The notes under the pieces were generated by a model. The model saw nothing but the letters and a program-made list of their open reading frames with translations. It was not told where the DNA came from and searched no databases. A stretch of DNA of 64,000 bases. It comes from Acidimicrobiaceae bacterium. Its GTDB lineage: Bacteria; Actinomycetota; Acidimicrobiia; Acidimicrobiales; Aldehydirespiratoraceae. The stretch is taken from the NCBI GenBank assembly GCA_016845585.1, contig JAERSO010000076.1:8565-72564 (forward strand), given 5' to 3'. Positions 8,845-17,127 of this stretch are shown here, in pieces. The first letter of the stretch is position 1; every line of letters starts with the position of its first letter. The position numbers and the translations under genes are program-made.

Positions 8845-8873
8845 CGCACACTGGGGACAGACCCCAGCGTGCG
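8845..8873. repeat. palindromic intergenic repeat, family A (diverged copy, inverted orientation)
   Basis: CGCACaCTGGGGacagaCCCCAGcGTGCG. The core CTGGGGACAGACCCCAGCG is the reverse complement of the core in the copies at 24857 and 25381. It abuts the stop codon of 8874..9395. Confidence 0.5.
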
Positions 8874-9395
8874 TTAGAGCCAGCGGCGGACCTTGGCGCA
8901 GTACTGCTCGTAGATCACACCGAGCTTCGACGCTAACATCCGCTCCTCGGGTCGGATCTGGACGCGAGTCATGATCGCCACGAAGAAGACCTCACCGACG
9001 ATGAGGCCCAGAATCGAGCCCAGACCCAACGAAAACGCCGCGATGAGGAGGGCCATCCCGAGATACATCGGGTTGCGGGTGAACCGGTATGGACCGGTGG
9101 AGACAAACGCCGATGCGGACTCGATGTCGTGGGGGTTGACCGTCGTGGACGCGGCACGAAAGGCGATGACGCCGGACACCATGACGCCGACACCTGCGAC
9201 TCCCGCGAGGGCGGCGACGAGATCGCCCCGACCATCACTGAGCCATGACACATCGAGATCGAGCGTGGCGATGAGCCAGGAGACCAGTCCGCCCGCGACC
9301 ATCCAGACGAGAGGGGGAACCGTTGTTTCGAGTCGCCGCATGTTGTCGGCGAGACTACGGACCAACCGGCGGGGACCCAACCAGCGCGCGGTCAC
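8874..9395 (-). CDS. isoprenylcysteine carboxyl / phospholipid methyltransferase (ICMT/PEMT) family membrane protein
   Basis: 173 aa and multi-pass hydrophobic. Has GPYRFTRNPMYLG (RxxRNPMYxG) and a C-terminal EERMLxxxxGxxYxxYxxxVRRW pattern. Confidence 0.75.
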   Translation of the reverse strand: MTARWLGPRRLVRSLADNMRRLETTVPPLVWMVAGGLVSWLIATLDLDVSWLSDGRGDLVAALAGVAGVGVMVSGVIAFRAASTTVNPHDIESASAFVSTGPYRFTRNPMYLGMALLIAAFSLGLGSILGLIVGEVFFVAIMTRVQIRPEERMLASKLGVIYEQYCAKVRRWL

Positions 9396-9440
9396 CGCTC
9401 AGCCGATCAATCAACCGGTCGAGGGTCAAATCCTGACTGG

Positions 9441-10439
9441 TCAGTAGCCGCGGACGCCGTGGTAGGGCAGGCCGGCAGCCTTCGCTTCGGTATAGAGCAC
9501 CATGAAGTTCTCGCCGAAGGGGTCCTTGCCCTGCAATGGCAGAATCGCCCGGCGGATCGTCCAGTCATGAGGCGCCAGTTCGCCCGCACGGTCATAGTTG
9601 CGGGACGCACCTGCCTCGTCGCCGCGGTGGCGAAGCTCGTTGGCGATCCGGAAATGGAGACGGGCGACCTCCTCCTCGGGGCTGAGGTCACCGACCGCGG
9701 CACGGATCTCATCACCGGAGAGCTCCGTCGTCCCCGACCGAACCCAGTCACGAATCCGATCGTGCTGACGGTTCGAGTCGATACCCGTGAACTCGCGATA
9801 CGCGTCGGTACCGGCCGCGCTCCAGTTCGGGTGCACGATGCGGTCGTTCTCGTCGATCATCACGACGGTGGGGACGTTGGAGATCGCATAGAGCTCGGTG
9901 ACGAGATGATCGGCGTCCATCAGAACCGGAAAGTCGATGCCTTCCGCGAACCCGCGGATCGCCTCGGTATTGTCGTCGATGGCAACGGCGATCACCTGGA
10001 AGTCGGTGTGACCTTCGGCGTGGAGTTCGTTCTGCAGTGCCTGCCACCCGGGCAGGTCATACGCGCAACCTCACCAACTGGAGAAGGCAACGAGAAGTCG
10101 TTTCTTGCTCCGGTGATCCGAGAGCGCCGCGGGTCCACCGTCGAGACTCGGCAGCGAGAAATCGGGCGCGACCAGGTCGACGAGCGCCGATCGGCGTCGG
10201 GCGCGCGGCGCACCGATGGCGGTGAGACCGCTCTCGTCGCTGACGACCGGGCGATCCAGCAGGCCGGCGCTGGCGACGAGATCGAGCGCCGACTCCTCAC
10301 CGAGGGCGCCGCTGTCGCGGACAGGGACGCAGACGTCGTCCTGGCACAACCCTTCCGGCTCCAGCGTCCATCCGAGCAGCTCCGGCAGCTGATCTGCCGA
10401 CGCGGTCGGGGACTCGAGCAGGATCAGATCGGTTTCCAT
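9441..10439 (-). CDS. TlpA/ResA-like thioredoxin-fold protein with one in-frame TGA at the redox position (candidate selenoprotein, otherwise a nonsense pseudogene)
   Basis: ORFs 10071..10439 and 9441..9995 are in the same frame. The full read is ...KKRLLVAFSSW-TGA-GCAYDLPGWQALQNELHAEGHTDFQ-VIAVAIDD...ISNVPTVVMIDENDRIV (cis-Pro region). TGA at 10071-10073 is the only stop in 333 codons. Confidence 0.55.
10032..10064 (-). promoter_or_regulatory. candidate bacterial SECIS hairpin downstream of the in-frame UGA
   Basis: mRNA reads UGA GGUUGCGCGUAUGA CCUGCC-CGGGU-GGCAGG CACUGCAG. It has a 6-bp GC stem and a 5-nt apical loop containing GGU, with 20 nt between the UGA and the loop. A bulged lower helix (GCG/UGC) is possible. 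Confidence 0.3.
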
Positions 10440-10451
10440 CCGGGTGGTCTA

Positions 10452-11951
10452 TCAGTCGTTGCGGGGAAAGCCCAGATCGACCGAGGAGCTGGCGGGATCG
10501 GGCCAACGACTCGTGATGGCTTGTGCCTTCGTGTAGAAGCGAATGCCTTCGGGACCATACATGTGGGTGTCGCCGAACAGCGAGTCCTTCCAACCACCGA
10601 ACGAGTGGTAGCCGACCGGCACCGGGATCGGGACGTTGACACCGACCATGCCGACCGGAGCGTCTTCGCAGAACTGGCGGGCCGCGCCACCATCTCGGGT
10701 GAAGATGGCGGTGCCGTTGCCGAACGGGTTGTTGTTCAGCAGATCCAGGGCCTCGCCATACGTGTCGACGCGTACGACGGCGAGCACCGGGCCGAACACC
10801 TCGTCCTTGTAGACGTCCATGTCGGGCGTGACGTTGTCGATCAACGAGCAACCCAGGAAGAAGCCGTCGTTGTCGAACTCCGTCTCGCGACCGTCGAGCA
10901 CGAGCGTGGCACCTGCGTCGGCGGCGCCACCGACGTAGCCCGCCACCCGGTCACGATGTTCGCGGGTGATGAGGGCCCCCATCTCGGCGTCCGGGTCATC
11001 ACCGGCGCCGATCTTGAGCTTGGTCGTGCGATCGGCGATCGCCTCGATCAGCGGATCGGCGACGTCACCCACGGCAACGGCGACCGAGATCGCCATGCAG
11101 CGCTCACCGGCCGAGCCGTAGGCGGCGGAGACCGCAGCGTCGGCGGCGAGGCCGATGTCAGCATCGGGAAGCACCAGCATGTGGTTCTTGGCGCCGCCGA
11201 GGGCCTGGACGCGCTTGCCATTGGTCGTGGCGGTCTGGTGGATGTAGCGGGCGATGGGTGTGGAACCGACGAAGCTGACGGCGGCGATGTCGCGGTGTTC
11301 GAGGATGGCATCAACCGCCACCTTGTCGCCGTTGATGACCTGGAACACACCCGGAGGGAAACCGGCCTCGCTCATGAGTTCGGCCATCATCAGTGCGACG
11401 GTGGGATCCTTCTCGCTGGGCTTCAGAATGAAGCAGTTGCCGGTGGCGATCGCGTTCGGGATCATCCACAGCGGCACCATGGCCGGGAAGTTGAACGGGG
11501 TGATGCCGGCCACGACGCCGAGCGGGCGGCGCACCGTGGTGACGTCGATCCCGGTGGCGACCTGGTTGGAGTGACCACCCCGGAGCAGTTCGCCGATGTT
11601 GCAGGCGTACTCGATGTTGTCGAGGCCGCGGGCGACCTCACCCAGTGCATCGGAGTGAACCTTGCCGTGCTCGGCGGAGACCGCAGCCGCGAGCGCATCG
11701 GCGTTCTCGTCGACCAGGTTGCGCAGCTTGAACATCAGCTTGGTGCGGGCGGCGATGGAGGACGTGCCCCAGGTTTGGAACGCCTCCTTGGCGATGGCGA
11801 CCGCCTGGTCGACCTCGGCCACCGACGCCAAGGCGACACTGCCGGTCTGCCGGCCGGTGGCCGGGTTGTGGACCACGCCGGTGTTGCCGGAGGTGCCGGC
11901 AACGGCCTGGCCGTTGATGAAGTGTCCGAGTTGGGTGATTTCGCTCATCAT
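10452..11951 (-). CDS. mmsA: CoA-acylating methylmalonate-semialdehyde dehydrogenase
   Basis: 499-aa ALDH-family ORF with FVGSTPIARYI, LGGKNHMLV and the catalytic Cys in GERCMAIS. The length and N-terminus (LGHFINGQ) are typical of MmsA. It lies next to an omega-aminotransferase. Confidence 0.85.
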   Translation of the reverse strand: MMSEITQLGHFINGQAVAGTSGNTGVVHNPATGRQTGSVALASVAEVDQAVAIAKEAFQTWGTSSIAARTKLMFKLRNLVDENADALAAAVSAEHGKVHSDALGEVARGLDNIEYACNIGELLRGGHSNQVATGIDVTTVRRPLGVVAGITPFNFPAMVPLWMIPNAIATGNCFILKPSEKDPTVALMMAELMSEAGFPPGVFQVINGDKVAVDAILEHRDIAAVSFVGSTPIARYIHQTATTNGKRVQALGGAKNHMLVLPDADIGLAADAAVSAAYGSAGERCMAISVAVAVGDVADPLIEAIADRTTKLKIGAGDDPDAEMGALITREHRDRVAGYVGGAADAGATLVLDGRETEFDNDGFFLGCSLIDNVTPDMDVYKDEVFGPVLAVVRVDTYGEALDLLNNNPFGNGTAIFTRDGGAARQFCEDAPVGMVGVNVPIPVPVGYHSFGGWKDSLFGDTHMYGPEGIRFYTKAQAITSRWPDPASSSVDLGFPRND

Positions 11952-11994
11952 TCGTCTCAGTTCTCAGTGTTGCAGGGGGTCAGTCTTCAGGATT

Positions 11995-13287
11995 TCAGTT
12001 GTTCAGATCGGTGATCGCAGCGAGCATCGCCGCGATGGCTTCGTCCATCTCTGCTTCCGACACATTGAGCATCGGCGCGATCCGGATCACATTGCCATAG
12101 AGGCCGCCCTTGCCGACGAGTAGCCCGTGGGCACGACAGGCTTCGAGGAAGTCGGCGGCGCGGCCGGCATCGGCTTCGCTGGAGCCGGGGTGCACGAACT
12201 CGAGGGCTTGCATCAGGCCTTTGCCTCGCAGCTCGGCGATCCACTCGGTGGCTTCGACCGCATCAGCGAGACCCTGCGAGAGCTGCTCGCCGCGAGCGAG
12301 TGCGTTACCCTGCATGTCCTCGTCGACGACGGCTTGGAGCGTCGCGTTGCCGGCCGCAGCCGAGAGCGGGTTGCCACCGAAGGTGGAGAACGACGTGACC
12401 TTGATCGTGTCCATGATCTCGGCTCGGGCGACGACGCCGGCAAGTGCCGTGCCGTTGCCGACGCCCTTGGCGAAGGTGAGCATGTCGGGCACGGTGTCGT
12501 GTGCTTGGTAGCCCCAGAAGTGTTCGCCGGTGCGTCCCCAGCCGGTCTGGACCTCATCGGAGATCAGCAGGATGCCTTTGGCATCGAGTTCCTTCTTGAA
12601 GGCACCGAAGAAGCCGTCGGGCGGGGTGGCGAAGCCGCCGACGCCCTGGATCGGCTCGGCGATCAGGCAGGCAACGTCGCCCGCCGACATCATGTCGAGC
12701 ATCTGGGCGAGGTCGTCGACGCAGGCCTGGGTGAAGGCGGCGTCGTCGAGATCGCGGAACGGACTGCGGAGCCGGTAGCCGCCCTGCACGAAGTTCACGT
12801 CGAGGCCCGAGATCGAGGTCGAGGACCACGAGCTGTGCGAGGTGATCGCCTGCGTGGTGAACGAGCGTCCGTGGTAGCTGTTGCGCATCGCCAGTACCTG
12901 ATTGGACTTGCGGTAGCTGGTGGCCAGGAGCAGGGCCGTGTCGTTCGCCTCCGAGCCGGAGGCGGTGAAGAACACGCGTGCGTCCGGGATTCCCGAAAGA
13001 CCGGTGATTCGCTCGGCCAGCTCGATCATCGGCTCATTGAGATACAGCGTCGACGTGTGCATGACCTTGGCGGCCTGTTGCTGCACCGCGGCGGTGACTT
13101 TCGGATGGTTGTGCCCGATCATCGTGGTGAGCACGCCACCGAAGAAGTCGAGGTAGCGATCGCCGTCGGCAGTGAACACGTAGCTGCCGTCGCCGTGATC
13201 GATCGAGATCGGCTCGCCGAACATCGGGCTGACGAACGACGGGAGCACCGCGCGATAGCGCGCCAGGAGTTCGGAGTCTGTTGTCAT
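11995..13287 (-). CDS. class-III (omega) aminotransferase; beta-alanine/GABA/3-aminoisobutyrate-type
   Basis: PLP-Lys context DMLTFAKGVGNG and ISDEVQTGWGRTG. ATG 13287 (MTTDSELLARYR...) is preferred over the track's GTG 13320. Confidence 0.85.
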   Translation of the reverse strand: MTTDSELLARYRAVLPSFVSPMFGEPISIDHGDGSYVFTADGDRYLDFFGGVLTTMIGHNHPKVTAAVQQQAAKVMHTSTLYLNEPMIELAERITGLSGIPDARVFFTASGSEANDTALLLATSYRKSNQVLAMRNSYHGRSFTTQAITSHSSWSSTSISGLDVNFVQGGYRLRSPFRDLDDAAFTQACVDDLAQMLDMMSAGDVACLIAEPIQGVGGFATPPDGFFGAFKKELDAKGILLISDEVQTGWGRTGEHFWGYQAHDTVPDMLTFAKGVGNGTALAGVVARAEIMDTIKVTSFSTFGGNPLSAAAGNATLQAVVDEDMQGNALARGEQLSQGLADAVEATEWIAELRGKGLMQALEFVHPGSSEADAGRAADFLEACRAHGLLVGKGGLYGNVIRIAPMLNVSEAEMDEAIAAMLAAITDLNN

Positions 13288-13348
13288 GGCCCAAGTATGT
13301 GTTGCCAACCGATTGCACACAATGCCGTCTTTGTACTACACAAAAGAA

Positions 13349-14716
13349 ATGACCGGCCTGGAGCTCCCTCGACACATCGCGTCACGAGTCGAGGAACGAA
13401 CGGGGCCAGCCGTCGCCGCGGCCATCGGGGGAATGGTGGCCGATGGGTCACTCGACGTGGGTGACCAGCTCCCCACCGTGCGTGCGCTCGCTGCCGAACT
13501 CGGTGTCAGCCCGAGCACCGTGTCAGAGGCCTGGCGGATTCTGCGAGACCACGGCGTCATCGAAACCGATCGACGCCGGGGCACCACGATCCGTCGAGCA
13601 GGGTCAACGGACAACAGCCGCTACTGGCATGTGCCGGTCGAACCCGGCACACTCGCCCTCGACTTGAGCACCGGGACACCCGACCCCCGGCTCCTCCCCG
13701 CCCTCGAAACGGCGCTCGGCAACGTTCACGTCGATGTCGGTGCCCGCAGCTACCTCGACGAGCCCGTCGTGCCCGAGCTCGCCGCGGTGCTGGGAGCCGA
13801 CTGGCCATTTCCGCCGGAGGCGCTGACCGTGGTCGACGGCGCCCAGGACGCACTCGACCGACTGATCGGCGCCATCGTCGGCTTCGGCGACCGCGTCGTC
13901 GTCGAAGATCCCACCTTCCCGCCATTGCTCGACCTGCTCGAGCTCGCCGGCGCATCGGTGATCGGTATCGACCTCGGCGACGAAGGACCGTGTCCCGCTG
14001 CACTCGCGGAGGCCTTGCGCAACGACCCGGTCGCCATCTTCCTGCAGCCCCGCGCTCACAACCCGACCGGGGTGAGCCTCACCGCCGAGCGCGCGGATGC
14101 CATCGCCGACCTCGTTCGTCCGACTGCGGCGCTCGTCATCGAAGACGACCATTCCGGCGCGGTCGCCGGCGCTGACCTTCACAGCATCGGCACCCGGCTC
14201 CCGACACAGACCATCCACATCCGGAGCTTCTCGAAGTCTCACGGCCCTGATCTTCGGCTGGCCGCCGTCGGCGGCGCGTCGGGTCCGATCGACTCGCTCG
14301 TCCGACGTCGCCAACTCGGTCCTTCCTGGACCAGTCGACTCCTGCAACGAGTCCTGCTCGAACTCCTGAGCGATGATCGGGTGCATCGTGACATCGTCGC
14401 CGCCGAGCTCGCCTATGCCGATCGTCGACGCCGCCTCATCACCGCACTTCGAGCGCGTGGCGTCGACATCCCCGCGGTCGGCTCAGGACTGAACCTCTGG
14501 GTGCCTGTCCGCGATGAACGAGACGCCGCGGTCGCGCTCGCCGCCCAGGGAATCGGCGTTGCCCCCGGGAGCCCGTTCGAAGTCGACGACGCCGAATGTC
14601 ACCATGTCCGCGTCACGATCTCGGCGCTCCCAAACAACATCGAGGAACTCGCCGGCGCCCTCGCCCGAACGAGCCTCACCCCACCCCACCGAACTGGCGG
14701 CACATATGGTCGGTAA
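13349..14716 (+). CDS. MocR/GabR-type regulator (GntR HTH fused to an aminotransferase-fold domain)
   Basis: N-terminal wHTH LPTVRALAAELGVSPSTVSEAWRILRDHGVIETDRRRGTTI, followed by a roughly 350-aa class-I aminotransferase-like domain with Lys in SFSKSHGPDLR. Divergent from the aminotransferase gene. The start could be ATG 13322 or 13349. The last ~12 codons lie inside palindromic repeat B. Confidence 0.8.
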   Translation: MTGLELPRHIASRVEERTGPAVAAAIGGMVADGSLDVGDQLPTVRALAAELGVSPSTVSEAWRILRDHGVIETDRRRGTTIRRAGSTDNSRYWHVPVEPGTLALDLSTGTPDPRLLPALETALGNVHVDVGARSYLDEPVVPELAAVLGADWPFPPEALTVVDGAQDALDRLIGAIVGFGDRVVVEDPTFPPLLDLLELAGASVIGIDLGDEGPCPAALAEALRNDPVAIFLQPRAHNPTGVSLTAERADAIADLVRPTAALVIEDDHSGAVAGADLHSIGTRLPTQTIHIRSFSKSHGPDLRLAAVGGASGPIDSLVRRRQLGPSWTSRLLQRVLLELLSDDRVHRDIVAAELAYADRRRRLITALRARGVDIPAVGSGLNLWVPVRDERDAAVALAAQGIGVAPGSPFEVDDAECHHVRVTISALPNNIEELAGALARTSLTPPHRTGGTYGR

Positions 14717-14748
14717 CCGACGATATGTGCCGCCAGTTCGGGGGTGGT
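14681..14748. repeat. long palindromic intergenic repeat, family B
   Basis: CCACCCCaccGAACTGGCGGCACATATgGTCGGtaaCCGACgATATGTGCCGCCAGTTCgGGGGTGG, with a 17-bp perfect core stem plus extensions. A second copy lies at 24019-24066. Confidence 0.6.
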
Positions 14749-14759
14749 GAGCGAACTAC

Positions 14760-16187
14760 CTACCAGTTCGCGGCGATGTACTGGGTTTCGCAGAACTCGA
14801 AGATGCCTTCGTGGGCACCCTCGCGGCCGAGGCCGCTCTGCTTCATGCCGCCGAACGGCGCGGCGGGATCCGACATGGCACCCCGGTTGATGCCGACCAT
14901 GCCGGCGTGAATGCGCTCACCCACCGACATGGCGCGAGCCACATCCCCGGAGAACACATAGCTGGCCAGACCCATCTCCGTGTCGTTGGCCCAATCGATC
15001 ACGGTGTCGGTGTCGGTGAACGGGATCACCGGGGCGACCGGGCCGAAGATCTCCTCCTTGGTGATCGGTGACTCCATCGTCACATCGCCGAGCACCGTCG
15101 GTGCGTAGAAGAAGCCAGGGCCGTCGATCGGCGCCCCGCCAACAGCGGCAGTCGCACCCGCGGCAAGCGCGCCCTGGACCAGACCGTCGATCGTTTCGAT
15201 GGCACCGGCATTGATCATCGGACCACACGTCACCCCCTCTTCGGTGCCGGGTCCAACCTTCATGGCGCCCATTGCAGCAGCCAGGCGGTCGGTGAACTCA
15301 TCCGCCACGCCCGCCTCGACGAACATCCGGTTGGCAGCGGTGCAGACCTCGGCGGAGTGCCGCATCTTGGCGACGATGGCACCCTCCACGGCCGCTTCGA
15401 TGTCAGCGTCGTTGAAGACGATGAACGGGGCGTTGCCGCCCAACTCCATGCCTGTCTTCAGCACTCGGTCGGCGCAGCGTTTGAGCAGGACGCGGCCCAC
15501 CTCGGTCGATCCGGTGAACGACACCATGCGTGTCGCCCGATGCTCGGTGGCGGCGTCGAACCATGAGCCCGACGACTGGGTCGGGACGACGTTGACGAGG
15601 CCCGCCGGTACACCGGCCTCCTCGAGCAGCTCGCCGATGCGAAGGGCGGTGAGCGGCGTTTCCTTCGGCGGTTTGATGACACAAGCATTGCCGGCCGCCA
15701 GGGCCGGTGCCACCTTGCGGGTGATCATCGCCGCGGGGAAGTTCCACGGCGTCACCATCACCACGACGCCGACCGGCGGGTGGTGCACGATGATCTTGTG
15801 CGCCCCACTCGGGGCGGTCTTGATGGTTCCGTCGATCCGAACTGCCTCCTCCGCGTTCCAGCGGAAGAACTCCGCCGCGTACGCGATCTCGCCCTTGGCG
15901 TCAGCAGTCGGCTTCCCGTGCTCGGCGGTGATAAGGCCCGCGAGCTCCTCGGTGTGATCGATCAGGGTCTGCCAGCAGTTGCGCAGCACTTCGCTTCGTA
16001 CCCGCGGCGCGGTGGCGGCCCAGCTGCGCTGAGCGGTGTCGGCCGCGTCGACTGCCGCGGTGGCGTCGGCAGGGGTGCCGGCGGCGACCTCGGCGATCAC
16101 ATCGCCATTGGCCGGATTCAGTACGGCGATCCGGTTCGGATCGCTTCCGTCGAGCCACTTGCCACCGATGAGCATTTGGGTCTGCAT
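14760..16187 (-). CDS. gabD: NAD(P)-dependent succinate-semialdehyde dehydrogenase (ALDH family)
   Basis: ALDH motifs FTGSTEVGRVL, ELGGNAPFIV and Cys in AEVCTAANR. ATG 16187 (MQTQMLIGGKW) is preceded by AGGGGGA. The context is a MocR regulator plus an aminotransferase. Confidence 0.75.
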   Translation of the reverse strand: MQTQMLIGGKWLDGSDPNRIAVLNPANGDVIAEVAAGTPADATAAVDAADTAQRSWAATAPRVRSEVLRNCWQTLIDHTEELAGLITAEHGKPTADAKGEIAYAAEFFRWNAEEAVRIDGTIKTAPSGAHKIIVHHPPVGVVVMVTPWNFPAAMITRKVAPALAAGNACVIKPPKETPLTALRIGELLEEAGVPAGLVNVVPTQSSGSWFDAATEHRATRMVSFTGSTEVGRVLLKRCADRVLKTGMELGGNAPFIVFNDADIEAAVEGAIVAKMRHSAEVCTAANRMFVEAGVADEFTDRLAAAMGAMKVGPGTEEGVTCGPMINAGAIETIDGLVQGALAAGATAAVGGAPIDGPGFFYAPTVLGDVTMESPITKEEIFGPVAPVIPFTDTDTVIDWANDTEMGLASYVFSGDVARAMSVGERIHAGMVGINRGAMSDPAAPFGGMKQSGLGREGAHEGIFEFCETQYIAANW

Positions 16188-16285
16188 TGATCCCCCTGGG
16201 AGTCCGTCGCGGTGGACGAATCCTCGCACTGACAATCAGAGCCGACAACCCGGCGATCGGATTCTTTCGGTTCCGAACGATCAGA

Positions 16286-17044
16286 TCAGAGGGCGGTGTC
16301 GACCAGTTCCCGGGAGAGCGCCGGGGTGGCGACGAGCCGCCCCTCACCCTGACCCTTGGCTGCCTGTAGCGCGGCATCCGCTTCGCGCAACAGCACGTCG
16401 ATGCCGAACCGGTCGGGCGCCGACATCGCGGCGCCGACACTCGCACCGACGACGACCGCCTCGCCTTCGATGATCGAGGATTCAGCGACACCGGAGACCA
16501 CCCGCTCCCCCACTGCCACGATGTCCCTGGGATCGTCGACGCTCGGGAGGAGGATGACGAACTCATCGCCTCCGATCCGAGCGACGACATCGCCGGCCCT
16601 GACCGCCGAGCGAAGACGGTCGGCGACGATCTTCAGCACGTCGTCGCCGGCATGGCGTCCGAATCGATCATTGATCCGCGCGAAGCCGTCGAGATCGACG
16701 AAGAGTAGGCCGACCTGACGATCCTTCTGGGGACGTCTCCTCCGAGCAACCCGAATCAGCTGAGCTCGGTTGCACAGGCCGGTCAGTGGGTCATGGCCGA
16801 CAGCCGGGGCCAGTCGCTTCATCGCCGCGAGTCCCTTGCGGCGTCCGCCGACGAACATCGCGATCCCCAGCGTCAGAGCGATCACCGTCAGCATGGCGAA
16901 GACCAGGAGTCCGAGCATCGACGATCCCGTCCGGTGTTCGCCCTCATCGAGCACCCGCATCACCATCACCGACAGGCCGACCACTGCGAGCGCCAGCACG
17001 AGGCCGATGGCGGCCCCGAGCGGGTTCGGCTGTGGGCGAGACAT
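16286..17044 (-). CDS. membrane-anchored diguanylate cyclase (GGDEF)
   Basis: Two N-terminal TM helices. Has DPLTGLCNR, FVDLDGFARINDRFGH, an intact GGDEF (ARIGGDEFVILL), and an RxxD I-site (RAGD) 5 residues upstream. Confidence 0.8.
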   Translation of the reverse strand: MSRPQPNPLGAAIGLVLALAVVGLSVMVMRVLDEGEHRTGSSMLGLLVFAMLTVIALTLGIAMFVGGRRKGLAAMKRLAPAVGHDPLTGLCNRAQLIRVARRRRPQKDRQVGLLFVDLDGFARINDRFGRHAGDDVLKIVADRLRSAVRAGDVVARIGGDEFVILLPSVDDPRDIVAVGERVVSGVAESSIIEGEAVVVGASVGAAMSAPDRFGIDVLLREADAALQAAKGQGEGRLVATPALSRELVDTAL

Positions 17045-17127
17045 GACGCACCATCGGCAGACCGAATCGCAACGTGAGCCACGGGCGACGGCGGGAACTC
17101 TTCGGAAACGGTCAGCGTTGTGCTCGT

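Noticed and set aside
9459-12014. 851-aa ORF on the plus strand, the longest in this part of the track
   Set aside because: It lies antisense to mmsA and the redoxin gene, both of which have clear family motifs. Its translation is Arg/Gly/Asp/Val-rich with no recognisable motif. This is a typical shadow ORF in GC-rich DNA, where stop codons are rare in the antisense frame.
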